Below, one piece after another: positions 40,276-49,688 of a stretch of DNA of 64,000 nucleotides (positions are counted from its first letter, which is position 1; each line of letters begins with the position of its first letter). A program made the translations under genes and the position numbers. The DNA lies in NCBI GenBank assembly GCA_963737265.1, contig CAVTRY010000011.1:96001-160000 (forward strand). Direction: 5' to 3'. The notes beneath the pieces were generated by a model. That model saw only the letters and a list, made by a program, of their open reading frames with translations. It did not search any database and was not told the DNA's origin. This DNA comes from an uncultured delta proteobacterium (GTDB lineage: Bacteria; Myxococcota_A; Polyangia; Fen-1088).

Positions 40276-41556
40276 ATGGCGGCGGACGCCACATCATCAT
40301 CCCCGCAGCCCGAGCTTCGCCGCCGCATCGTTTTGGGCGAGGCGGACATTTCGGACTTCGACGAAGGTGAAGGCCAGGAGCTGCCCACCGAGGTCATGCC
40401 GCTTCAGATGGGGCCGTCGCATCCAGCCATGCACGGCACGGTTCGCATGGTGCTCGAAGTGGAGGGCGAGAAAATCAAAACCGCCGACATCCAGATTGGC
40501 TACCTGCATCGCTGCTTCGAGAAGGAAGCCGAGAACGCCACCTGGACGCAGATCTTTCCCTACACGGACCGGCTCAACTACGTCTCGCCCATGCTCAACA
40601 ACGTGGGCTACGCCATCGCGGTGGAAAAGCTCATGGGGATCGATGGCAAGATCCCCGAGCGGGCGCAGTATATCCGCGTGATCGTCGGCGAGATCTCGCG
40701 CATCACCGATCACCTGACGTGTCTTGGCGCCGGCGCGATGGAACTCGGCTCGTTCACCGTTTTCTTCTACCTCATCAAGGCGCGTGAATGGTTGTGGGAA
40801 CTTTTGGAAGAGGTGTCGGGCGCGCGTCTGACCCACAGCTACGTCCGCATTGGCGGCGTGGTCGCCGATCTTCCGGCGGGCTGGCCGGCCAGGTTGCGCG
40901 AAGTCTTGGCCAAGGCGCGTGTCGCACTTGCGGACGCGGACAAGCTGCTTACGCGCAACAAGATTTTTCGCGACCGCATGGATGGCGTCGGCATCATCAA
41001 TAGGGCGGACGCGGCGGGATGGGGCCTGACCGGCCCCGTGGCGCGTTCGACCGGGCTCGCCTACGACGTGCGCAAGGATCATCCCTATTTGGTTTATGAC
41101 CAGCTTGATTTCGACGTGCCGGTCGGCTCGACCGGCGACAACTTCGACCGGTATGCCGTCCGCCTGGAGGAGATCTTCCAATCGATGCGTATTCTCGAAC
41201 AGGCGCTGACCAAGATTCCCGACGGCCCCGTGATCGTCGACGATGCGCGCGTCGCGCTGCCGGCAAAACGGGAAACCTACAACACCATCGAGGCCATGAT
41301 CGCGCACTTCAAGCTGGTCATGGACGGCCTGCACGTTCCGGCCGGCGAGGTGTACTCGTTCACCGAGGGCGGCAACGGCGAGCTCGGCTTCTATATCGTA
41401 TCGAATGGGACCGGCCAGCCGTGGAAGTGCAGGGTGCGGCCGCCGTGTTTTGCCAACCTAGCGATTCTGAATAAGGTCCTTCTTGGTCTGTTTATTGCCG
41501 ACGTGGTGCCGACCTTCGGCATGATCAACATGATCGGTGGCGAGTGTGATCGCTAG
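40276..41556 (+). CDS. nuoD: NADH-quinone oxidoreductase subunit D
   Basis: GPSHPAMHG, GYLHRCFEK, DRLNY, GECDR terminus; no NiFe CxxC motifs. Confidence 0.95.
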   Translation: MAADATSSSPQPELRRRIVLGEADISDFDEGEGQELPTEVMPLQMGPSHPAMHGTVRMVLEVEGEKIKTADIQIGYLHRCFEKEAENATWTQIFPYTDRLNYVSPMLNNVGYAIAVEKLMGIDGKIPERAQYIRVIVGEISRITDHLTCLGAGAMELGSFTVFFYLIKAREWLWELLEEVSGARLTHSYVRIGGVVADLPAGWPARLREVLAKARVALADADKLLTRNKIFRDRMDGVGIINRADAAGWGLTGPVARSTGLAYDVRKDHPYLVYDQLDFDVPVGSTGDNFDRYAVRLEEIFQSMRILEQALTKIPDGPVIVDDARVALPAKRETYNTIEAMIAHFKLVMDGLHVPAGEVYSFTEGGNGELGFYIVSNGTGQPWKCRVRPPCFANLAILNKVLLGLFIADVVPTFGMINMIGGECDR

Positions 41557-43131
41557 ATGGCTATAGATTCCCCCGCCGCACCCGAGACCGTAACCGTCGT
41601 CATCGACGGACAGGAACACAAGTTTCCCAAGGGCACCAACCTTCTCGAGGCTTGCCAATCGGTCGGGGCGAAGATCCCGTTCTTCTGCTACCATCCGGGG
41701 TTGTCGGCACCCGCTATCTGTCGCCAGTGCCTGGTCGAAATCAAGGGTGCGCCCAAGCCGGTTCCCTCCTGCTACACCACCGTCGCTGACAAGATGGAGG
41801 TCAGCACGAGCTCGCCAAAGGTGCTCGATGTTCGCCGCCAGATGCTCGAATTCACGCTGCTCAACCACCCCGTCGACTGTCCAATCTGCGACAAGGCCGG
41901 CGAATGCAGTCTGCAGCGCCACTACTTCGACTGGGACGGCAAGCTGGCGCGCAACGAAGGTGACAAGGTTCGCAAGGCCAAGGTCGTCGACATTGGCAAG
42001 CACATCGTGCTCGATCAGGAACGTTGCATTCTGTGCAGTCGCTGCATTCGCGTGTGCGACGAGGTCGCCAAGTCCTCCGACCTAACCATGGCCTACCGTG
42101 GAAGCCATCAGATCCTGACCACCGCGCCGGGACAGCGCTTGGACAACCCCTATTCGCTCAACACCGTGGATGTCTGCCCGGTGGGGGCGCTGACCGCCAA
42201 GGATTTTCGATTTTCGCGGCGGGCGTGGGAACTGTTTTCGTCGCCGTCGGTGTGCCCTGGGTGCGCCACTGGGTGCAACATCGAGGTGCACACCTCGCGC
42301 GGAACGATTCGCCGGCTGGTGCCTCGTTTGAATCCCGCGGTCAACAAGCATTGGATGTGCGACGAGGGCCGTTTCGAGTACAAGGCCGTGCACGAAAACC
42401 GCCTGCTCTTGCCTACGGTGGGCGGCAGGCGCGCCATCCTGAATCAGGCGATGGCAGACGCCGCGCGACTGCTGCGGGGCGGGCTTGAGCGCGCGCCGGG
42501 CAGCGGGGGCGTGGTTTTTTCGGCTGGCGCCACCAACGAAGACACACATGCATTGGTGCGCCTGGCGCTCGACGGACTGAAGCTCGGGCGCGTCTATTCG
42601 GGTGGACGGCCGCCCGGCTGGTCGGACGCGATCTTGGTCAGCGCCGACAAGAACCCCAACCTGGCGGGCGTGCAGCGAATGGCACCGGCGCCACTGCGGA
42701 CTCTCACCGACCTGGCTGCGGATGTCGCGTCCGGCGCGGTGACGACCTTGCTGGTGCTTGGCAACGAAACCCTGGCGCTTCCGGCCGGCAAGCTGACTGC
42801 GCTTGTCGTATTGGCGTCGCACAAGGGTGCGCTGGTCGACGCCGCCGATGTCGTCCTGCCCGTGGCCACGTGGGCCGAGGTGGATGGAACTTTCACCAAC
42901 AAGGGCGGCCGCGTGCAACGCATCCACCCCGCCGTTCCCGTCACGGGCGAGGTCGTGCCGGCGTGGCGAGCGCTGTCGCTGCTCGCCGGCGAGCTCGGAG
43001 TGAACCTGGCCTTCGCGTCCGCCGGCGAAGTTTTCGCCGAGGCAGCCAGCCGCTATCCATTCATGAAAGAGGCGACCTGGGGACCGTCGAGCCCACCCGT
43101 TCAGTTGCGCTTTGGGGACTCAAGAGGCTAG
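41557..43131 (+). CDS. nuoG: NuoG-like Fe-S subunit (short, 524 aa)
   Basis: FCYHPGL…CRQC…C, HPVDCPICDKAGEC, CILCSRC…CPVG, CPGCATGC…MCDEG; abuts the nuoD stop. Confidence 0.88.
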   Translation: MAIDSPAAPETVTVVIDGQEHKFPKGTNLLEACQSVGAKIPFFCYHPGLSAPAICRQCLVEIKGAPKPVPSCYTTVADKMEVSTSSPKVLDVRRQMLEFTLLNHPVDCPICDKAGECSLQRHYFDWDGKLARNEGDKVRKAKVVDIGKHIVLDQERCILCSRCIRVCDEVAKSSDLTMAYRGSHQILTTAPGQRLDNPYSLNTVDVCPVGALTAKDFRFSRRAWELFSSPSVCPGCATGCNIEVHTSRGTIRRLVPRLNPAVNKHWMCDEGRFEYKAVHENRLLLPTVGGRRAILNQAMADAARLLRGGLERAPGSGGVVFSAGATNEDTHALVRLALDGLKLGRVYSGGRPPGWSDAILVSADKNPNLAGVQRMAPAPLRTLTDLAADVASGAVTTLLVLGNETLALPAGKLTALVVLASHKGALVDAADVVLPVATWAEVDGTFTNKGGRVQRIHPAVPVTGEVVPAWRALSLLAGELGVNLAFASAGEVFAEAASRYPFMKEATWGPSSPPVQLRFGDSRG

Positions 43132-43147
43132 ACCGAGAGACTAGACA

Positions 43148-44287
43148 ATGTTGGGGAACATCTTTCAATTCGCCTCGCACATCCTGCCCTACGGGTCCGA
43201 TGGCTTCGTTGCCGTCACAGCCTTGCTCAAGATCGTGTTTTTCGTTCTTCTCTTCACCATGCCGCTGGCTGGGATTCTGACCTGGATGGAACGCCGTCAG
43301 TCCGCGATGATGCAGGATCGCGTCGGACCGAACCGTGCCAACCTCGGGCGATTCACGTTGTGGGGAATTCCCCATTTCGTGGCCGATGCCATCAAGATGA
43401 TTTTCAAAGAGGACTTCATTCCGCCCAAGGCGAACAAGCTCCTCTTCGCGTTGGCACCGGTGATGGCGCTAATGCCGGTTCTGCTCGCCACCGCGATCAT
43501 TCCATTCGGCGCGCCGCTATGCTTTGGCCGCATGACCGAGGCGGTTGCCAGCGGCACCTGCGCAGCGCCCGTCGATCTGCAAGCCGCGCACCTTGACGTC
43601 GGGCTGCTGTTTTACTTCGCCATTTCGTCGCTGTCCGTGTATGGCGCTGCCCTGGCAGGCTGGGCGTCGAACAACAAATGGGCGCTCATGGGCGGCATGC
43701 GCGCCTCGTCGCAGATGATGTCTTACGAGGTGACCATGGGCATGGCGGTGATGGCCATGTTCCTGGTGTACGGAACACTCGAACCCGGCGCGATGGTGAA
43801 TGCGCAGGGCAACTGGCCCTGGCAGTGGGGCATCGTCGGCGTTCCCCATGTCATCGCGTTCCTGTTGTTTCTCACGGCTTCCATCGCCGAGAGCAAGCGC
43901 ACGCCCTTCGATATCCCCGAGGGTGAATCGGAAATCGTCGGCTACTTCGTCGAATACTCAGGTATGCGCTTCGGCATGTTCTATCTCGGCGAGTTCGTGG
44001 AAATCATCACCACCAGCGCCATCATGATCACCGTCTTTTTCGGTGGCTGGCGCTTTCCCGGAGCCGATCATCTGGCGGCCAGCCTACCCAACATTCTCTT
44101 CGTGCTGGTGAGCGTCCTGGTTTGGTCGTTGAAGGTTTTCTTGTTCTGCGCCTTTCAGCTGCTCATTCGCTGGTCGCTGCCACGTTTTCGCGCCGACCAA
44201 TTGTTGCGTCTCGGCTGGCAGCGCCTTCTGCCCATTTCGATTGCGAACGTGGTCCTGGCTGCGGCCTGGATCCTGCTGCGAATGTAG
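43148..44287 (+). CDS. nuoH: NADH-quinone oxidoreductase subunit H
   Basis: ERRQSAMMQDRVGPNR, ADAIKMIFKED, KRTPFDIPEGESE, EYSGMRF, PRFRADQL. Confidence 0.95.
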   Translation: MLGNIFQFASHILPYGSDGFVAVTALLKIVFFVLLFTMPLAGILTWMERRQSAMMQDRVGPNRANLGRFTLWGIPHFVADAIKMIFKEDFIPPKANKLLFALAPVMALMPVLLATAIIPFGAPLCFGRMTEAVASGTCAAPVDLQAAHLDVGLLFYFAISSLSVYGAALAGWASNNKWALMGGMRASSQMMSYEVTMGMAVMAMFLVYGTLEPGAMVNAQGNWPWQWGIVGVPHVIAFLLFLTASIAESKRTPFDIPEGESEIVGYFVEYSGMRFGMFYLGEFVEIITTSAIMITVFFGGWRFPGADHLAASLPNILFVLVSVLVWSLKVFLFCAFQLLIRWSLPRFRADQLLRLGWQRLLPISIANVVLAAAWILLRM

Positions 44288-44298
44288 ACAAGACGGGC

Positions 44299-44862
44299 AT
44301 GGCAACCACGGTCAAAACCGTTTCTCGCCCCGCCGGCCTTCGCCGGCACACCTATCTCATTGCCATCGCGGAAGGTCTTTGGGTCACGTTTCGCCATCTG
44401 ATGCGCAACTGGATCGGCAACACGCTTGGCCGTCGTGGCAAGACGGACATCGCGACGCTCTCGTACCCAGAGGAAAAGAAAGCCTATCCAGAGCGCAACC
44501 GCGGCCTGCATCGTCTGATGAAGCGCGCGGATGGCGAGGTGCGCTGCGTGGCCTGCATGATGTGTCCGACGGTGTGCCCGGCCCATTGCATCACCATTGT
44601 GCCCGAGGAGTCGCCCGACGGTGGCATCGAGAAGCGACCGCGCATTTTCGAAATCGACGAGCTCCGCTGCGTGGTGTGCGGCCTGTGCGTCGAGGCCTGC
44701 CCTTGCGACGCGATTCGCATGGACACGCACATCCACGCCTGGCCGACCACCCGTCGGGCTGACGCCATCTTGGACAAGGAAGAGCTGCTTTCTCGCGGCG
44801 GTCCCTCGACCGCGACCCAGGGTGGCGTGGGTCCGTTCTGGCGTGAGAAGGTCAAGCCCTAG
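44299..44862 (+). CDS. nuoI: NADH-quinone oxidoreductase subunit I
   Basis: YPEE…RGLHRL, CVACMMCPTVCP, CVVCGLCVEACP. Confidence 0.94.
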   Translation: MATTVKTVSRPAGLRRHTYLIAIAEGLWVTFRHLMRNWIGNTLGRRGKTDIATLSYPEEKKAYPERNRGLHRLMKRADGEVRCVACMMCPTVCPAHCITIVPEESPDGGIEKRPRIFEIDELRCVVCGLCVEACPCDAIRMDTHIHAWPTTRRADAILDKEELLSRGGPSTATQGGVGPFWREKVKP

Positions 44863-44875
44863 AGCCTGGACTAGG

Positions 44876-45871
44876 TCAGCTAAGCCAGCTAGCGAGTCGT
44901 CCGGCGATCTCGACCAGCCTGTCCATGGTCGCGTCGAGTATCGGATCCACGACCTGGCGCAAGGGATCGGCGTCATAGTAGGCCACGATTTCTTCGGCTC
45001 CGCGCGAGAAGGGGATGGTGGCTTGCCAGCCGGGAACCAGGCGCTTCACCTTGCTGTTGTCGAAGATCATGCTGTGGCTCTTGTCGCCGAGCAGGCTGTC
45101 ACCCCAGTCGCGATCGACTTTGGCGATGACCTTGGAGGGCAGGTGTACGAGGTCGGCCTTGGTTTCCGCGGCCGTGGCGACGATGTGGTGAAGCTGATTC
45201 CAGCTCAGCCATTCATCGGAGGTGATGTGGAAGGCGTCGCCGATGGTGCGCGCGTTGCCGAGAAGGGCGACGAAGGCGCGGGCGAAGTCTTGGTGATGGG
45301 TGAGGGTCCACAGCGAGGTGCCGTCGCCGTGGACCACGACCGGCTTGCCCTGGCGCATGCGATGAACCACGGTGTAGCCGCCATGAAAGGGAAACAGCGT
45401 GCGGTCGTAGGTGTGCGAGGGGCGGACGATGGTGAAGGGGAACTTGTCGCGTCGGTAGGCGGCCAGCAGGGCTTCCTCGCAAGCGGCCTTATTGCGCGAA
45501 TATTCCCACACCGGATTGTCGAGCGGAGTGGATTCAGTGACGGGCAGGCTGTTGGGCGGCGTCTGGTAGGCCGAGGCCGAGCTGATGAAGACGAACTGAC
45601 CGGTGCGCCCGCGGAAGAGCTCGAGGTCGAGCGCGATGTGCTCGGGCGAAAAAGCCATGAAGTCGACGACGGCGTCGAAGTGTTGATTGCCAAGAGCCGT
45701 GCGCGCCGAGGCGGGATCCCTGATGTCGCCCACCAGCACCTTGACCGCCAGCGGAACCTGCCGCGCTGTCTTGCCGCGCCGCAGGTGAAAGAGCTGAATG
45801 CCGGCCTCGACCGCGACGCGAGAACAAGCCGAGCTGATGACGCCGGTGCCGCCGATGAATAGAACCTTCAT
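44876..45871 (-). CDS. NAD-dependent epimerase/dehydratase family (extended SDR)
   Basis: IGGTGVIS, FISSASAY, YSRNK, VRPSHTY. Confidence 0.88.
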   Translation of the reverse strand: MKVLFIGGTGVISSACSRVAVEAGIQLFHLRRGKTARQVPLAVKVLVGDIRDPASARTALGNQHFDAVVDFMAFSPEHIALDLELFRGRTGQFVFISSASAYQTPPNSLPVTESTPLDNPVWEYSRNKAACEEALLAAYRRDKFPFTIVRPSHTYDRTLFPFHGGYTVVHRMRQGKPVVVHGDGTSLWTLTHHQDFARAFVALLGNARTIGDAFHITSDEWLSWNQLHHIVATAAETKADLVHLPSKVIAKVDRDWGDSLLGDKSHSMIFDNSKVKRLVPGWQATIPFSRGAEEIVAYYDADPLRQVVDPILDATMDRLVEIAGRLASWLS

Positions 45872-45903
45872 GGGTCCAGTTCTACCGCAGACCGGCCAGA
45901 AGA

Positions 45904-46027
45904 TTCACCACAGAGACGCAGGAGGGCGCAGAGCCCAGAGAAAGAAAGGTCTCCGGATCCAGATCCGGACCCTTTCCATCCCTCCCGGCTCCGCCGACTC
46001 TGTGCCCTCTGTGCTCTCTGTGGCGAA
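45904..46027. repeat. Intergenic nested inverted-repeat element (CACCACAGAG…CTCTGTGG type, REP/MITE-like)
   Basis: 30-bp imperfect arms at 45904-45933 and 45998-46027; inner perfect palindrome TCCGGATC-CA-GATCCGGA flanked by GAAAGG/CCTTTC. Confidence 0.8.
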
Positions 46028-46034
46028 CTTCCGG

Positions 46035-48113
46035 CTACTCGTCTTCCTCAGCCGCCATCTTGGAATCGGCTACGACCTTCTCCATCAGATGACCGGGCAG
46101 CTCGTCATAGTGCGAGAACTCGATGGTGAAGGAACCGCGGCCACCGGTGATGGAGCGCAGATCGGACGAGTATTTCATGGTTTCGGACATGGGCACCACG
46201 GCGCGGATGACCTCGCCCTTGCCGGTCGAGTCCATGCCTTCCACGCGACCGCGCCGATGGTTGAGATCGCCGATGACGTCGCCCATGCAGTCGCTGGGAC
46301 AGGTAATCTGCAACTTCATGACCGGTTCCAGCAGGCAGGGTTTGGCCTGTTTGAACGCGGTCTGGAAGCCTTTCGAGGCCGCGATTTCGAACGACCGCGC
46401 GTCCGAGTCGACGTCGTGGTACTTGCCGTCAAACAGGCGAACTTTGACATCCGTCACGCGGTAGCCGGCGATAACCCCTCTGGTCATGCGGTTGCGCATG
46501 CCCTTTTCCACCGCGGGAATGAACTGGCGTGGCACCGAACCGCCCACGATGTCGTCGACGAATTCGAAGCCGCCGCCGTGGGGCAGGGGTTGCATGTCGA
46601 TGTACACCACGGCGTATTGGCCGCGACCGCCGGTCTGTTTCTTGTGCTTGCCCTCGATGTTCTGCGCGGTCCCCTTGATGGTCTCGAGGTACGGCACTTT
46701 GGGTGCGTGCAGCTCGACCTCGACGCCCATGCGGTGCAGACGATCCACAATGGCCTCGACGTGGATCTGGCCCGTGCCGCCGAGCAAGATCTCCTTCGAC
46801 TGCGGATCGTGGCTGACCTTGACGGCGACGTCCGAGTCGACGATTTCGTTCAGCTTCACCGCCAGCTTGTCTTCGTCGGCCTTGCTCTTGGGGTGCAGGG
46901 CATAGGTGATTAGGGCGGGTGGAATGGTCGGCCGGGGCAGGGCGAAGGGGGCTTTTTCGTCGGCCAAGCTGTCGCCGGTCTTGGTCATCTTCAGCTTGGC
47001 CACGGCCACGATGTCGCCGGGGAACGCCTCGGCCACCGCCTCGCGCGCCTTGCCTTGCAGGGCATAGAGCTGACCGAAGCGCTCCTTGGTGTCGTGGTTG
47101 ACGGAAACCAGGGTGGCGTCGCTCTGCAACTTGCCCGAGAGCACGCGCAGAATCGATAGACGGCCGATGTCCGAGGAAGCGGTCTTCCAGACGTAGGCAG
47201 CCACGGGTGCGTTGGTGTCGGGCGCCTGTTCGGCAGGGGCGCCATTCAGCGTACCTTTCCAGGCCGGGCGTTCGGCGGGCGAGGGCAGGATGTCGACGAC
47301 GAAGTCGAGCAGGGTTTGGATGCCCACGCAGAGAGCTCCTGACGTCGCCAGCACGGGCACGATGGCGCGCGAACGCACGCCACGGGAAAGGCCCAGGCGC
47401 GCCTCTTCGTCGCTGAGCGCACCCGATTCGAGGTACCTTTCCAGCAGGGCGTCGTCGGCCGAGGCGATGGCCTCGTGCAGGACCTCGCGCGCCTTGCGGG
47501 CGGCGTCGAGCATGTCGGCCGGTACCTCGCCGACGGAAACCTCGCGCCCCTCGTTGGAAAAGCGCACGGCCTTCATGGTCATGAGATCCACGACGCCTTC
47601 GAAGGCGGTTTCCTGGCCGATGGGCAATTGCACCGCGACCGCCTTGGTCGACAGGCTGTTGCGGACATTGTCGAGCGCGGTGTGAAAGTCGGCGTTGTCG
47701 CGATCGAGTCGGGAGACGACGATGCACCGGGGCAGCTCCAGCTCTTCCGCCATTTCCCAGGTCCGCCCGGTGTAGACCTGCACGCCGTCGTTGGCGGAGA
47801 CGAGTAGCACAGCGGCGTCGGCGACGTCGAGAGCGATGCGCGTCTCGACCAGGAAGCTGCCGTTGCCGGAGGTGTCGATGAGGTTGATCTTGCTCTTCTT
47901 CCATTCGACGTGGCCGACCGCGGCCGAGATGCTGGTCTTGCGCTTGTGCTCCTCGGGCTCGAAGTCGAAGGTCGACGTGTCGTCGTCAACCCGGCCGAGG
48001 CGCTGATTCGTCTTCGTGCAGAAGAGAATGGCCTCCGCCAGAGTGGTCTTGCCCGCGCCACCGTGGCCAATCAGCGCAATGTTTCGGATCTCGTTCGCCG
48101 CGTAGCTCTTCAT
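46035..48113 (-). CDS. Elongation factor G paralogue (EF-G2-like)
   Basis: IRNIALIGHGGAGKTT, KVPYLETI, KKQTGGRGQY, DGKYHDVDS, LLEPVM, LRSITGGRG; not in an rpsL-rpsG-tuf context; divergent G motifs. Confidence 0.9.
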   Translation of the reverse strand: MKSYAANEIRNIALIGHGGAGKTTLAEAILFCTKTNQRLGRVDDDTSTFDFEPEEHKRKTSISAAVGHVEWKKSKINLIDTSGNGSFLVETRIALDVADAAVLLVSANDGVQVYTGRTWEMAEELELPRCIVVSRLDRDNADFHTALDNVRNSLSTKAVAVQLPIGQETAFEGVVDLMTMKAVRFSNEGREVSVGEVPADMLDAARKAREVLHEAIASADDALLERYLESGALSDEEARLGLSRGVRSRAIVPVLATSGALCVGIQTLLDFVVDILPSPAERPAWKGTLNGAPAEQAPDTNAPVAAYVWKTASSDIGRLSILRVLSGKLQSDATLVSVNHDTKERFGQLYALQGKAREAVAEAFPGDIVAVAKLKMTKTGDSLADEKAPFALPRPTIPPALITYALHPKSKADEDKLAVKLNEIVDSDVAVKVSHDPQSKEILLGGTGQIHVEAIVDRLHRMGVEVELHAPKVPYLETIKGTAQNIEGKHKKQTGGRGQYAVVYIDMQPLPHGGGFEFVDDIVGGSVPRQFIPAVEKGMRNRMTRGVIAGYRVTDVKVRLFDGKYHDVDSDARSFEIAASKGFQTAFKQAKPCLLEPVMKLQITCPSDCMGDVIGDLNHRRGRVEGMDSTGKGEVIRAVVPMSETMKYSSDLRSITGGRGSFTIEFSHYDELPGHLMEKVVADSKMAAEEDE

Positions 48114-48305
48114 GGTTACCTTTCTTCAGGTGCACATCAGGAGATTCACGACCCCGACCCGCCCACACTTCATCTGTAACACTTCTAAAACACCTGCGTG
48201 ACGAAGTCGAGACGGGCAAGCAGGCAAGCATGCGATAGTCATGTGCGGAACAGGAAAAGCTGGAATTGCAAGCGCGATTCCTCACCCGGTGGGTGAAAAC
48301 GTTGG

Positions 48306-49688
48306 CTAAACGGTGCGCGAAAAGACTGGCTCCTTGGCGGAGAGCTTGGCCCCAAGGTGGGCGTCGAAACACATGGCCAGGTTGCGCACGAAGACCTGGC
48401 CGAGGCCAATGGCACGTACGCCGCTGTCGTCGATCTGGCACATGCCGTCGGCAACGAAGGGCAGAAGCTTGGCCAGGGATTCGCGTAAGTAGTCGGCGAA
48501 CACGATGCCGTGTTTGCCCTCGATGGCCCGGCGGTCGACGACGAAGTTGCACATGAGCGCGTGGATCACGTCGCGGCGAATTTCGTCGTCGGGCGTGCGC
48601 TGATAGCCCCGCGCGACGGGCAGGCGCCCTTGGTCGAGCATGGCGTAGTAGTGCACGAGCTTCTTTTCGTCTTGCACCAGCGCCCCGCGCATATCGCCGA
48701 TGGCCGAGACGCCGAAGCCAATCATGTCCGGGCCTGCCATCACAGTGTAGCCCATGAAGTTGCGCTGCAAGCGACCCTCGCGCTGGGCGACGGCCAGCTC
48801 GTCGCTCGGCAGCGCGAAGTGGTCCATGCCGATGGCCTGGTAGCCGGCGGCCATGAAGCCCTCGCGCGCGATGGCGAGCAGGGCGAACTTATTGTCGCGC
48901 GCAGGCAGCAGCGGCAGGACAATCTGGCGCTGGTGGCCGCGCTGATTGGGCAGGTAGGCGAACGAATAGACCGCGATGCGATCGGGTTTGAGGGCGATGG
49001 TTTGGGCTACGGTGCGGGCAAAGGTTGCCGGCGTCTGGTTGGGCAGGCCGTAGATCAAATCCATATTGACCCCGGAAAACCCCTGCCGGCGCGCATTCTC
49101 GGCCAGCTCCGCCGTGGATTCGAGCGATTGCTCGCGCCCAATGGCTTTCTGTACCTCGGGATCGAAGTCCTGCACGCCAATCGAAATGCGAGAGAAACCA
49201 AGGCCGGCGAGGGCATCAATGTGCGCGGACGTCGTCACGCGCGGATCCACCTCGATGGCACGTTCGGCGTGGGGCAAAAACTCGAAGTGGCGCTCGAAGC
49301 CGCGTACGAGTTGCTCCAATTCTTCTGGCGTCAGGTAGGTCGGGGTGCCGCCGCCCAAATGGAATTGCGCCACTTGGCGCCGGTCGGGCAAAAGCTCGGC
49401 TACTCGCCCCATCTCGACCAGCACATGGGCGAGGTAGGGCGCCGCGACCTCGTGGCGCGCGGTCGCGAAGGTGTGGCAGCCGCAAAACCAGCAGCGCGCG
49501 ACGCAGAACGGAAGATGGGTGTAGACCGAAAGAGGGGCGTTGCCTGCCTGGTTGGCCGTCGCCAGCGATCTTCGGTATTCCGCCTCGCCGAATCCCGCAT
49601 GAAAATCCACCGCAGTCGGGTAGGAGGTGTAACGAGGCCCGACGGAATCGTAGCGGGCCAAGAGCTCGGCGGGTACGGCCTTTCGCAT
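48306..49688 (-). CDS. hemN: Oxygen-independent coproporphyrinogen III oxidase HemN
   Basis: GPRYTSYPTA, HLPFCVARCWFCGC, GGGTPT, IGMDHFALP, RNFMGYT, FSRTV. Confidence 0.95.
   Translation of the reverse strand: MRKAVPAELLARYDSVGPRYTSYPTAVDFHAGFGEAEYRRSLATANQAGNAPLSVYTHLPFCVARCWFCGCHTFATARHEVAAPYLAHVLVEMGRVAELLPDRRQVAQFHLGGGTPTYLTPEELEQLVRGFERHFEFLPHAERAIEVDPRVTTSAHIDALAGLGFSRISIGVQDFDPEVQKAIGREQSLESTAELAENARRQGFSGVNMDLIYGLPNQTPATFARTVAQTIALKPDRIAVYSFAYLPNQRGHQRQIVLPLLPARDNKFALLAIAREGFMAAGYQAIGMDHFALPSDELAVAQREGRLQRNFMGYTVMAGPDMIGFGVSAIGDMRGALVQDEKKLVHYYAMLDQGRLPVARGYQRTPDDEIRRDVIHALMCNFVVDRRAIEGKHGIVFADYLRESLAKLLPFVADGMCQIDDSGVRAIGLGQVFVRNLAMCFDAHLGAKLSAKEPVFSRTV

Noticed and set aside
40276-41556. 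NuoD as a group 4 [NiFe]-hydrogenase large subunit
   Set aside because: No CxxC L1/L2 motifs; quinone-site His/Tyr motifs and the GECDR end are complex I features
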